Below, one piece after another: positions 25,156-33,952 of a DNA stretch of 64,000 nucleotides. The translations under genes and the position numbers were made by a program. Each line of letters begins with the position of its first letter. Positions within the stretch are counted from its first letter, which is position 1. This DNA is from an uncultured Lachnospiraceae bacterium (lineage in GTDB: Bacteria > Bacillota > Clostridia > Lachnospirales > Lachnospiraceae). Below the pieces are notes generated by a model that was not told the origin of the DNA, did no database searches, and was given only the letters and a program-made list of their open reading frames with translations. The stretch covers positions 2,782 through 66,781 of the forward strand of contig CAJUEI010000003.1 of NCBI GenBank assembly GCA_910585255.1, in the 5' to 3' direction.

Positions 25156-27474
25156 ATGAATCCACAGATGATATTAAAACAATACTTTGGTTATGATAAT
25201 TTTCGTGAGGGGCAGCGGGAATTGATTGATTGGATTTTAGAGGGTGGAGATGTACTTGGGATTATGCCTACGGGTGCTGGTAAGTCGATTTGTTATCAGG
25301 TGCCGGCTTTGATGTTTTCGGGGATTACGGTTGTGATTTCACCGCTGATTTCTCTTATGAAGGACCAGGTTTATTCGTTATCACAGGCAGGAATTTCTGC
25401 TGCTTATATTAATAGTTCTTTGAGTGATGCACAGATATATAGAACGTTTAAAAATGCCGGATTGGGAAAGTATAAAATTCTTTATATTGCACCGGAACGG
25501 CTGGATACTTCATTATTTTTGGAGTTTATTGCTTATGCGGATATTTCTTTGGTGGCGGTGGACGAGGCACACTGTGTTTCGCAGTGGGGGCAGGATTTTA
25601 GACCTAGTTATCTGAATATTGCACCGTTTGTAGCACAGCTTCAAAAGCGACCAGTTTTGTGTGCATTTACTGCTACTGCTACCAGTGAGGTAAAAGATGA
25701 TATTTTATGTATTTTAGGATTGAGACAGCCGAAGTTGTTAATTACGGGGTTTGATCGGAAGAATCTGTATTTTGCGGTAAAGCATGTGAAAAAGAAGAAG
25801 CAGGAAATCTTGGGTTATGTGAAGGAACATCGGGATCAGTGTGGGATTATTTATTGTTCTACTAGAAATAATGTAGATGAAGTGTATCAGATGTTATGTG
25901 AGAACGGGATAGATGCAGCCCGGTATCATGCCGGAATGAGTAAGGAAGAGCGGACGAAGAGTCAGGAGGAGTTTATCTATGATGTAGAGACGGTTATGGT
26001 TGCTACAAATGCATTTGGTATGGGGATTGATAAATCAAATGTTCGTTATGTTCTGCATTACAATATGCCGCAGAGTATGGAGAATTATTATCAGGAAGCG
26101 GGAAGGGCAGGGAGAGACGGAGAAAATTCGGAGTGTATTTTGTTTTATGAGCCAAGGGATGTGCATATTAATAAGTTTTTAATTGAGAATAAAGAGTCAA
26201 AAAAGGAACTGACAGAAGAGGAAGAGGCGGCGATTCGGGAACGGGATTATAAGCGGCTTCGGGAGATGACGTTTTATTGTACAACCAAGGAATGTCTTCG
26301 AAATTTTATTTTAAAGTATTTTGGAGAGCGGACTGGGGCAGATTGTAATAACTGCAGTAACTGTCTGACTGATTATGAGAAGACGGATGTAACTGAGTTA
26401 AGCCGGAAGATTTTAAATTGTGTTTATGAATTGAGACAGCGTTTTGGGATTAATATTGTGATAGGAGTGTTAAGAGGGAGCAAGGCGGCTCGGATATTGG
26501 AGAATGGGTTTGATAAGTACCGAACGTATGGAACATTGACAGAGTATGCGGAGAGTTCGCTTCGGCAGATTATTGATGCACTGATTCAGGAGAATATGCT
26601 GATTCAGACAGAGGATCAATATCCGGTGCTGCGGCTGGGGGCGGATTATCTGAAATTAAAGGATGAGGCAAATCGAATTTATATAAGAAGTGAAGTTCGC
26701 CGGGCAAAGGAAGTGGCAAAGCCGGTGGATGGAAAGAAGAGCATTTTAACCAATAAAGGATATGCCTTATTTGAGAAGCTGCGTCTTTTGCGGATGGAGA
26801 TTGCAAAGGAGGAGAATATCCCTCCTTATATTGTATTTTCGGATAAGACGTTAAGTGATATGTGCAGGAAGCTGCCGTTTACGCCGGAAGAGATGCTTTC
26901 AGTAACCGGGGTGGGACAAAATAAGAAGGAAAAGTATGGGCGGCGGTTTTCTGAATTGATTTTGCAGGTGACAGGCGGGGATAGGGAAGGTTATTCCTGG
27001 ACAGAACCGAATTCGTCTGTTGGGCAGAAAGAGGCAGAGATAGTAAAGAAGAAAAAGGAATTAGAGAGGAGGGAATTGGAAAAGAAAAAAGAGTTAGAAA
27101 AAAAGACAGAAAATCATGCAGTAGGAAAGAAGGGAAAGGAAGAGTTTTATTTTACAAGGTGGATGGCGGAGCGGATTAACTGTAGAGGGGATTGTATGCT
27201 GGCTGAATTTGTAAAGAAATTAAATGAACAAATTGATGCAGAGCAGGTAAAAAGACTGACAACTTCTTTTATAGAAAGACGATTAGAAGAGGGAGGGTAT
27301 ATTCACTGTGAACATCATATGCGTTCGGTTGTGATTGTAAAAGAGAAAGGAAAAAGGCAGGGATTTTTTGTTGCACAGCGGATTAGTCAGAATGGAAATA
27401 AGTATGATGTACTGATGTTAAATGAGCAGTCACAGAGGTGGTTATTGGGGAAGGTTGTAGAGAAAAATCTGTAA
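25156..27474 (+). CDS. recQ: ATP-dependent DNA helicase RecQ with an extra C-terminal domain
   Basis: FGYDNFREGQRE, MPTGAGKS, VAVDEAHC (DEAH box), SQWGQDFRP, a zinc-binding C...C..C..C cluster and an HRDC-like segment (YIVFSDKTLSDM). I chose the ATG at 25156. Confidence 0.9.
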   Translation: MNPQMILKQYFGYDNFREGQRELIDWILEGGDVLGIMPTGAGKSICYQVPALMFSGITVVISPLISLMKDQVYSLSQAGISAAYINSSLSDAQIYRTFKNAGLGKYKILYIAPERLDTSLFLEFIAYADISLVAVDEAHCVSQWGQDFRPSYLNIAPFVAQLQKRPVLCAFTATATSEVKDDILCILGLRQPKLLITGFDRKNLYFAVKHVKKKKQEILGYVKEHRDQCGIIYCSTRNNVDEVYQMLCENGIDAARYHAGMSKEERTKSQEEFIYDVETVMVATNAFGMGIDKSNVRYVLHYNMPQSMENYYQEAGRAGRDGENSECILFYEPRDVHINKFLIENKESKKELTEEEEAAIRERDYKRLREMTFYCTTKECLRNFILKYFGERTGADCNNCSNCLTDYEKTDVTELSRKILNCVYELRQRFGINIVIGVLRGSKAARILENGFDKYRTYGTLTEYAESSLRQIIDALIQENMLIQTEDQYPVLRLGADYLKLKDEANRIYIRSEVRRAKEVAKPVDGKKSILTNKGYALFEKLRLLRMEIAKEENIPPYIVFSDKTLSDMCRKLPFTPEEMLSVTGVGQNKKEKYGRRFSELILQVTGGDREGYSWTEPNSSVGQKEAEIVKKKKELERRELEKKKELEKKTENHAVGKKGKEEFYFTRWMAERINCRGDCMLAEFVKKLNEQIDAEQVKRLTTSFIERRLEEGGYIHCEHHMRSVVIVKEKGKRQGFFVAQRISQNGNKYDVLMLNEQSQRWLLGKVVEKNL

Positions 27475-27482
27475 TATCACTG

Positions 27483-27509
27483 TAAATTATTTATTAAATC
27501 TACCGATAT
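27483..27509 (+). promoter_or_regulatory. Sigma-28 (SigD/FliA) type promoter for flaG-fliD-fliS
   Basis: TAAA (27483-27486), a 15-nt spacer, then ACCGATAT (27502-27509), against the consensus TAAA-N15-GCCGATAT. Confidence 0.75.
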
Positions 27510-27586
27510 GTATAGTAGAAATGGAGAACACGGATGTACTCCTTTATTTATAATAGTTTTATTAAAAATACACGGAGGTGATTTTA

Positions 27587-28033
27587 ATGGCAATCGAATC
27601 AGTTGCGAATGTAGGAATGGGAAATGCAGCATCTTATCAAACAACTGTATCCAAGGCACCAAAAGCAGTGGAGGCTGTGACAGAGCCGGTAAAGGTAGCA
27701 CCGAAGCCAGCGGTAAAGTCACAGATTACAGAAGGAGTAACACCGAACAGCAGTGAGGGAAAGGAATTTTCGGCTAGTAGTGCAGCAGATACATTAAAGA
27801 TGCAGAATGAGATGACACAAGAAAAAGTGCATAAAGCATTGGACGATATCAATAGAAAATTGTCTTCTACATCTTGTGAGTATGGTTACGATGATACAAC
27901 AAACCGAGTAACAATTAAAATTATTGATAAGGAAACAGATGAAGTAATCAGAGAACTTCCGCCGGAGAAAACATTGGAAATGATTGCAAAGGCATGGGAG
28001 CTGGCTGGATTGTTGGTAGATGAGCGGTTGTAA
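27587..28033 (+). CDS. flaG: Flagellar protein FlaG
   Basis: The C-terminal YGYDDTTNRVTIKIIDKETDEVIRELPPEKTLEMI is the FlaG signature. I chose the ATG at 27587, 10 nt after GGAGG. Confidence 0.8.
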   Translation: MAIESVANVGMGNAASYQTTVSKAPKAVEAVTEPVKVAPKPAVKSQITEGVTPNSSEGKEFSASSAADTLKMQNEMTQEKVHKALDDINRKLSSTSCEYGYDDTTNRVTIKIIDKETDEVIRELPPEKTLEMIAKAWELAGLLVDERL

Positions 28034-28045
28034 GGAGGGAAAAAT

Positions 28046-29563
28046 ATGCCAATTAGAATATCGGGTATGATATCAGGTATGGATACCGATGCTATGGTAA
28101 AAGAATTAGTATCGGCATATCAGACTAAAACAGACAAATATAAGAAAGCACAAACAAAATTAGAGTGGAAGCAGGATGCGTGGAAGGAACTAAATTCAAA
28201 GATATATAAGTTATATACAAATATGTTTAGTCGGACGTTATCTTCAAATTATAATAAAAAGAAGACGGTAAGTTCAGATGAATCAAAGGCATCTGTAGTA
28301 GCTGCGAATGGTTCTGTAATAGGAACACAAACATTAAAAATTAACAAACTTGCAAAATCTGGTTATTTAACAGGTGCAGAAATTGAGACAGAGAGTGGAG
28401 AACATGCGACAGCTGATACAACTCTTAGTGAGCTTGGAATTACAGATGCAACTAGTTTTAAAATTAAAGTAGGTAAGGAAGAACAGACAATTGAGTTGAC
28501 TGGTTCAATGAAAATCGGTGATTTGGTTAAGGAATTAAATAAAACAGGTGTAACAGCTAGTTTTGATGAAAAGAATCAAAGATTTTTTATTAGTTCCAAG
28601 TCTAGTGGAGGAGCAAATAATTTTGAAATTGATTCAGATGATACACAAGCATTAGAAGCATTAGGTTTAAAATATTCTACTAAAGATAGTGAAAATGTAG
28701 GTTCAAAGGAAGCTCATAAGGTTACAGGTACTGATGCAGAGATTGTATTAAATGGAGCAACATTTACTTCTGAAACAAATAGTTTTAGTATTAATGGATT
28801 GACTATTACAGCAAAAGCAGTAACAGATAAAGATACAAATGAGACTCTTACTTTATCAACAGATACAGATGTAGATGCAATTTATGATTCTATTAAAGAG
28901 TTTATAAAAGAATATAATGAATTGATTAAGGAAATGGATACTCTTTATAATGCAAAATCAGCAAAGGGTTATGAACCATTGACAGATGAAGAAAAAGATG
29001 CTATGTCTGATACGGAAGTGGAAAAGTGGGAAAGTAAGATTAAGGATTCATTATTAAGAAGAGATCAGACTTTGGGCAGCGTAACTTCTCTTATGAAAAA
29101 TGTAATGCAGAAATCTTTTGAAATAGATGGAGAAAAATTATCTCTTTCAAGTTTTGGAATAGCAACGGCAGGATATTTTGATTCTGGTGAAAATGAAAAA
29201 GGTTTGTATCATATTGATGGAGATCCAAATGATTCTTCAACAAAAGGAAACAGTGACAAATTAAAGACAATGATTGCATCTGATCCAGATAAAGTAGCAT
29301 CTTTCTTCAGTCAATTGTCGAAGAGTCTTTATGACGAATTAGGAAAAAAGATGACTTCCACTTCATTAAGCAGTGCGTTTACTGTATATAATGATAAACA
29401 GATGAAGAGTGAGTATGATAACTATACAAAAACGATTAAGAAATGGGAAGATTATGTAACAGAGCAAGAAGAGAAATGGTTTAAAAAATTTTCCGCAATG
29501 GAGTCTGCACTTGCAAAATTACAGTCTAGTACATCTGCTTTATCAGGATTATTAGGCAGTTAA
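28046..29563 (+). CDS. fliD: Flagellar filament cap protein FliD (hook-associated protein 2)
   Basis: N-terminal ISGMISGMDTDAMVKELV and C-terminal FSAMESALAKLQSSTSALSG coiled-coil signatures. Position next to fliS. Confidence 0.9.
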   Translation: MPIRISGMISGMDTDAMVKELVSAYQTKTDKYKKAQTKLEWKQDAWKELNSKIYKLYTNMFSRTLSSNYNKKKTVSSDESKASVVAANGSVIGTQTLKINKLAKSGYLTGAEIETESGEHATADTTLSELGITDATSFKIKVGKEEQTIELTGSMKIGDLVKELNKTGVTASFDEKNQRFFISSKSSGGANNFEIDSDDTQALEALGLKYSTKDSENVGSKEAHKVTGTDAEIVLNGATFTSETNSFSINGLTITAKAVTDKDTNETLTLSTDTDVDAIYDSIKEFIKEYNELIKEMDTLYNAKSAKGYEPLTDEEKDAMSDTEVEKWESKIKDSLLRRDQTLGSVTSLMKNVMQKSFEIDGEKLSLSSFGIATAGYFDSGENEKGLYHIDGDPNDSSTKGNSDKLKTMIASDPDKVASFFSQLSKSLYDELGKKMTSTSLSSAFTVYNDKQMKSEYDNYTKTIKKWEDYVTEQEEKWFKKFSAMESALAKLQSSTSALSGLLGS

Positions 29564-29577
29564 AGGAGGAACCAAAT

Positions 29578-29955
29578 ATGGCAGCATCTGGGTATAATGC
29601 ATACCAGCAGAATAAAATTGCAACAGCGTCACCAGCAGATCTTACACTTATGCTTTATGAGGGAGCAATTAAGTTTTGTAATATAGCAATAGTAGGGATT
29701 GAGCAAAAGGATATTCAAAAGGCACATGATAATATTAAAAAAGTAGAAGCTATTATTGTAGAATTTCGTTCTACATTAGATTTTAAATATGAGGTAGCAA
29801 AGGATTTTGACAATGTGTATGAATATCTTTATGACCGTCTGATAGAAGCAAATATTAAGAAAGATAAAGAAATACTGGAAGAAGTATTGGGGCATTTACG
29901 TGGGATGCGTGATACTTGGAAAGAAGTTATGGTAAGGGCAAAACAAAAATCATAA
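29578..29955 (+). CDS. fliS: Flagellin-specific export chaperone FliS
   Basis: YQQNKIATASPADLTLMLYEGAIKF is the typical FliS N-terminus. 125 aa. Confidence 0.9.
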   Translation: MAASGYNAYQQNKIATASPADLTLMLYEGAIKFCNIAIVGIEQKDIQKAHDNIKKVEAIIVEFRSTLDFKYEVAKDFDNVYEYLYDRLIEANIKKDKEILEEVLGHLRGMRDTWKEVMVRAKQKS

Positions 29956-29964
29956 AAAGTGATA

Positions 29965-30030
29965 GAAAGTTTCCTGTTTATATTAATTTGTTGTATTGAA
30001 TTAATATAACAGGAAAATTTCTTATTTATA
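29965..30030 (+). terminator. Long AT-rich hairpin, probable terminator or attenuator after fliS
   Basis: GAAAGTTTCCTGTTTATATTAATT pairs with GAATTAATATAACAGGAAAATTTC (one bulge, one mismatch) and is followed by TTCTTATTT. Confidence 0.55.
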
Positions 30031-30049
30031 GAAAGAGGTAAGAACGGGG

Positions 30050-30526
30050 ATGGAAAAAAATTATTTAAAGATTATGATTGGTAGTTTATATAAGAAAATT
30101 GCAGTTTTGGATGATATTTCAGAAGAAAATGAAAAACAGAGATTATTGTTTCTGAAGGAGGATATAGAACCAGAGGATTTAGAAGAAACATTAGAAAGGA
30201 AACAAGAGTTGATCGATAAATTAAATGAGTTAGATGAAGGTTTTCAGTCAATTTATGATAGATTAAAAGAAGAGTTGCAAGGACATCCAGAAAAGTATAA
30301 AGATGAAGTAAAAGAAATGAAAGAATTAATTAGTCAAATTACAGGAAAAAGTATGGTGGTACAGACAGAGGAGGAACGAAATAAATTGGCAGTACAGGAA
30401 TACTTTAGCAGGTTTAAGAGCGGGATTCGTCAGGCAAGAACCAGTCAGAAGGCAGCAGTAAATTATTATAATAATATGAATAAATTAAATCATATAGGAG
30501 CACAGTTTATGGATCGGAAGAAATAG
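30050..30526 (+). CDS. Small coiled-coil protein, FlgN/FliT-like flagellar chaperone, putative
   Basis: 158 aa, all-helical and E/K-rich, positioned between fliS and a flagellin gene. I recognised no sharper motif. Confidence 0.4.
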   Translation: MEKNYLKIMIGSLYKKIAVLDDISEENEKQRLLFLKEDIEPEDLEETLERKQELIDKLNELDEGFQSIYDRLKEELQGHPEKYKDEVKEMKELISQITGKSMVVQTEEERNKLAVQEYFSRFKSGIRQARTSQKAAVNYYNNMNKLNHIGAQFMDRKK

Positions 30527-30702
30527 TATTAGGAAGAGTATTTTTATGTTGATGTAAAATTGAAGATATAAAAAAGTTATAAATTTTTAATTTGAAATAA
30601 TGTTAAATATAGTGGGAAATTAAATTAAGCAATTATTGTGTATGATAAAAGAAGAAATAATCAAGGATAAGATTAATTTTAAGATTGCAGGGAGGCTGAC
30701 AT

Positions 30703-33700
30703 ATGCAAATAATAGCACACAATTTAGCATCTATGTTTACAAACAGACAACTAAATATTACAACAAAGAATAAGTCTAAAGCTGTAGAAAAGTTATCGTC
30801 TGGTTATCGAGTAAATCGAGCGGCAGATGATGCGGCAGGTTTATCAATTTCAGAAAAAATGCGTTATCAAATTCGGGGGTTAGATCGAGGAAGCAAAAAT
30901 ACAGAGGAAGGTATCTCTTTTATTCAAGTAGCAGATGGAGCAATGCAGGAAATTCATTCTATGATTCAACGGATTAGAGAACTTTCAGTACAAGCATCAA
31001 ATGATACAAATACAACATCTGATAAACAATGTATTAATGAAGAAATTAAACATATCAGAAATGAAATTAACAGAGTTTGTGCAGATACAGAATTTAATAA
31101 TCAACCAGTATTTGAAAATTCTGCAGTATCAATAGAAATTGGGAGAAGACCAGAAGATTTACAGATATTTGATGCTACTTATGATGATGGAACAGGACAA
31201 GTGACGTATGGAGGTTTTATTTTTCATGGGGAAAGACTTACTTGGGACATGATAGATCCTGATATGGTAAAAACGGATACAATAACGGGAGAACAAATTT
31301 TTTTAGGTGGAGATTATACTTATACGGATCAGGATACAGGATATACATTTCAGATTTCTTGTAATGTTGGTGATACTGTTCCTAAAATTAGTAGAACAAT
31401 TAATATTTCTGCAGATAATAAAGGGGTTATAGTAGATGGAAAACATTTTTCTTGGTATCATTTAAGTGATAAAGATGGAAAATTACTTTCAGATCATACT
31501 ATTCATGCTGGAATATGGAATTTAAATTATCAAGGAACAAATATTGAATTTCAAGTGGGAGCAAGTGCTAATACTGTTTCGGATATGGCAAAAGCGATTA
31601 ATTCTATGGATTATGTATGTGAAATCATATATAGTGGTGTGACTGAAGAAAAGGCAGTAGATGCAGATGTAATAAAAAATTTACGTGTTTCGAACAATTT
31701 ACTTAATATTTTGGGTGGCTCAGATAAATTGGATATCCGGGTTAGAGCAGGGAAGGATGCAGTAAATCAACAGGATGGTATTTGGTTGGAAAAGAGTGAT
31801 GGGACAGTGATAGCAGGTTCTTATCGAACATGGGCAAGTATGGGAATTACTTCATGGGATTCAGGAAAAGATATTAATAGTTCTTATAGTTATATTTACC
31901 ATGATGATGATGGAAGTAATGATACTTATTTTTCATTTGAATATAATTTATCAGATGTAACAAGTGTTGATTCTGTAATTGATGGATTGGATAATATGGT
32001 GATTTGTTCAGATGGAGTTACAACGAAATATGGGATTAATACAAGTGTAACAATTCCGAAAGATGGAAATTTAATTTCTGCAACACATAATCATAATGGA
32101 GAAAATATTTCTTTTCAAGAAGAGAAAGTTTTAGGAAGAGATTTTGATAAGAAGCAGATTAATGGAGTAGCAAGTACAGATCTTGTATATGATTCAAAAA
32201 GTAGCAACGTAAAAGCTATATTTGCAGATGCAAATGGAAATCCAGTCATTACCTATAATGGAAGTACAACACAAATAGAAAAGGAATTGTATACCGATTT
32301 AACATCTTATATTTCTTATGTATTAAGCAGAAAAAAGGCTCTTGCACTTAATGGAAAAGATCCGCAGAAAGAGGATTTAACAAAAGGAGATTTGTCACAG
32401 ATAGTAGGAGCAGGAAATATTACATCATCTGGTTATTTTGATGAAGTAATAACAATTGATAGTACTTCTATGAAGCTGACAAATGGAGCTCCTGGAGTAG
32501 ATGGTGTAAAATATCCGGGTGCATATATTGATTTTTCTGATTTTGGAAATACTTATACAGCCGATACTTTGATTGGATTAGGATTTAATTCTACTTGTAA
32601 GACGTGTTCGAATCACTATAGTATTGTATTTGTAGAAGATGCATCTTTAAGTACTACACCACAGGGATATAAATATAATTATAAGTCACAGAATAATGAT
32701 TATGCACTTCAGATTGATATAAATTCTATCAATGCAAAGAATGGAGAAGAATTAGCAAGTGCTTTAATTGATATTGTTTCAGAGTGTTTTGATTTTCATT
32801 TTACACAATATGCAGCAGAAGGAAGTAAATTGTATATTTATGATAATAGACCAAGTAATAGTGGAACCATGGATGCAACTTTTGAAACAAAACCACATCT
32901 TGATATTTATAAGGATGTATTTTCTGTTTCTTTAAATACTAATGATGGGAAAACTTTAAATTTTAACTATACTTATGATTATGAAGATATAAAAGATGAT
33001 GTTATTGTAGAGATGGTACAGGATAATAATGGAGATTATATACAAAGGGGAGATGGAAGCTACGAGAAATACGATTCTTCAGATGCGTCTATGGTAGGAA
33101 GTCAAAGATATAATTTAAATGTGAGTTATAAAAAACATTCGGATTCATCTGTTGCAGTGGGGATAGATGAACTGATTCGTGATTGTACAGAAGGTGCATT
33201 AACAGAAATGATTCAAAATTCACATGTCCGGTTAGATGCAAAAGATTATACTTATATGCAAATTTCTGGTGATGAGAGTCCAAATGTTGCAATTAAGGCT
33301 GTATTTACTCCTAATATAGCAGAAAAATATCTGGATAAGGGATTAATTATTCAGAATAGTTCTAATAGCAAAGACATTGTTAAAATTCCAAGATTTTCGG
33401 TTAATACATCACTCCTAAAATTAGATGATATTGATGTGGAGAGTTATGAGGCAGCACAAAATACGATTCGCTGTTCTGATTATGCAATTAATTATATTTC
33501 AAGTAAGAGAAGTTTGTATGGGGATTACCAGAATCGTTTAGAATATATATATAATAATAGTAGGAACACTTTGGAAAATACACAGGCAGCAGAGTCACGA
33601 ATTCGTGATGCAGATATGGCAAAGGAAATGGTATCTTATTCTAAAAGTATATTGTTAGAACAAGTGACACAAACGATGCTTTCTCAGGCAAATCAGCAAA

Positions 33701-33732
33701 AAGATAGTGTGATGCAATTATTACAAGAATAA
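30703..33732 (+). CDS. Giant flagellin (1009 aa) with conserved D0/D1 termini and a ~750-aa unique central region
   Basis: The N-terminus is IAHNLASMFTNRQLN...KLSSGYRVNRAADDAAGLSISEKM. The C-terminus is YQNRLEYIYNN...TQAAESRIRDADMAKEMVSYSKSILLEQVTQTMLSQANQQ. RBS GGGAGG. Confidence 0.9.
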   Translation: MQIIAHNLASMFTNRQLNITTKNKSKAVEKLSSGYRVNRAADDAAGLSISEKMRYQIRGLDRGSKNTEEGISFIQVADGAMQEIHSMIQRIRELSVQASNDTNTTSDKQCINEEIKHIRNEINRVCADTEFNNQPVFENSAVSIEIGRRPEDLQIFDATYDDGTGQVTYGGFIFHGERLTWDMIDPDMVKTDTITGEQIFLGGDYTYTDQDTGYTFQISCNVGDTVPKISRTINISADNKGVIVDGKHFSWYHLSDKDGKLLSDHTIHAGIWNLNYQGTNIEFQVGASANTVSDMAKAINSMDYVCEIIYSGVTEEKAVDADVIKNLRVSNNLLNILGGSDKLDIRVRAGKDAVNQQDGIWLEKSDGTVIAGSYRTWASMGITSWDSGKDINSSYSYIYHDDDGSNDTYFSFEYNLSDVTSVDSVIDGLDNMVICSDGVTTKYGINTSVTIPKDGNLISATHNHNGENISFQEEKVLGRDFDKKQINGVASTDLVYDSKSSNVKAIFADANGNPVITYNGSTTQIEKELYTDLTSYISYVLSRKKALALNGKDPQKEDLTKGDLSQIVGAGNITSSGYFDEVITIDSTSMKLTNGAPGVDGVKYPGAYIDFSDFGNTYTADTLIGLGFNSTCKTCSNHYSIVFVEDASLSTTPQGYKYNYKSQNNDYALQIDINSINAKNGEELASALIDIVSECFDFHFTQYAAEGSKLYIYDNRPSNSGTMDATFETKPHLDIYKDVFSVSLNTNDGKTLNFNYTYDYEDIKDDVIVEMVQDNNGDYIQRGDGSYEKYDSSDASMVGSQRYNLNVSYKKHSDSSVAVGIDELIRDCTEGALTEMIQNSHVRLDAKDYTYMQISGDESPNVAIKAVFTPNIAEKYLDKGLIIQNSSNSKDIVKIPRFSVNTSLLKLDDIDVESYEAAQNTIRCSDYAINYISSKRSLYGDYQNRLEYIYNNSRNTLENTQAAESRIRDADMAKEMVSYSKSILLEQVTQTMLSQANQQKDSVMQLLQE

Positions 33733-33789
33733 TTAAAAGGAGAATTTTATAATTTCCAAATTTTAATATAAAAAATTTTAAAAAGAGTC

Positions 33790-33816
33790 TAAAGTATTTT
33801 GAATTAAACCCGATAT
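33790..33816 (+). promoter_or_regulatory. Sigma-28 (SigD/FliA) type promoter of the canonical flagellin gene
   Basis: TAAA (33790-33793), a 15-nt spacer, then CCCGATAT (33809-33816). Confidence 0.8.
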
Positions 33817-33904
33817 ATAAGGTGTAAATAACTTAAAGAGTTAAATAAAATGAAGCGCGCAATCATTAAGAGAACTTTAAGGTTATTAAAGAAATCAGAT
33901 AAGT

Positions 33905-33945
33905 GCAGCAAGGAAGCTGCTAGTCAAATCAAATTTCAAGGAGGA
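33905..33945 (+). promoter_or_regulatory. Candidate CsrA-binding sites in the flagellin 5' leader
   Basis: The hairpin GCAGC-AAGGAA-GCTGC (33905-33920) presents GGA in its loop. A second GGA lies in the Shine-Dalgarno AAGGAGG (33938-33944). Confidence 0.5.
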
Positions 33946-33952
33946 AACAATT

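Noticed and set aside
27477-27756. ORFs 27477-27722 (-) and 27508-27756 (+) at the recQ/flaG junction
   Set aside because: They overlap the sigma-28 promoter and the flaG coding frame. The flaG frame carries the family signature and a proper RBS.
30703-33732. Possibility that the giant flagellin is a flagellinolysin-type enzymatic flagellin
   Set aside because: I scanned the 1009-aa translation for HExxH and found none, so a zincin protease insert is not supported. An enzymatic or adhesive role remains open, but I do not claim it.
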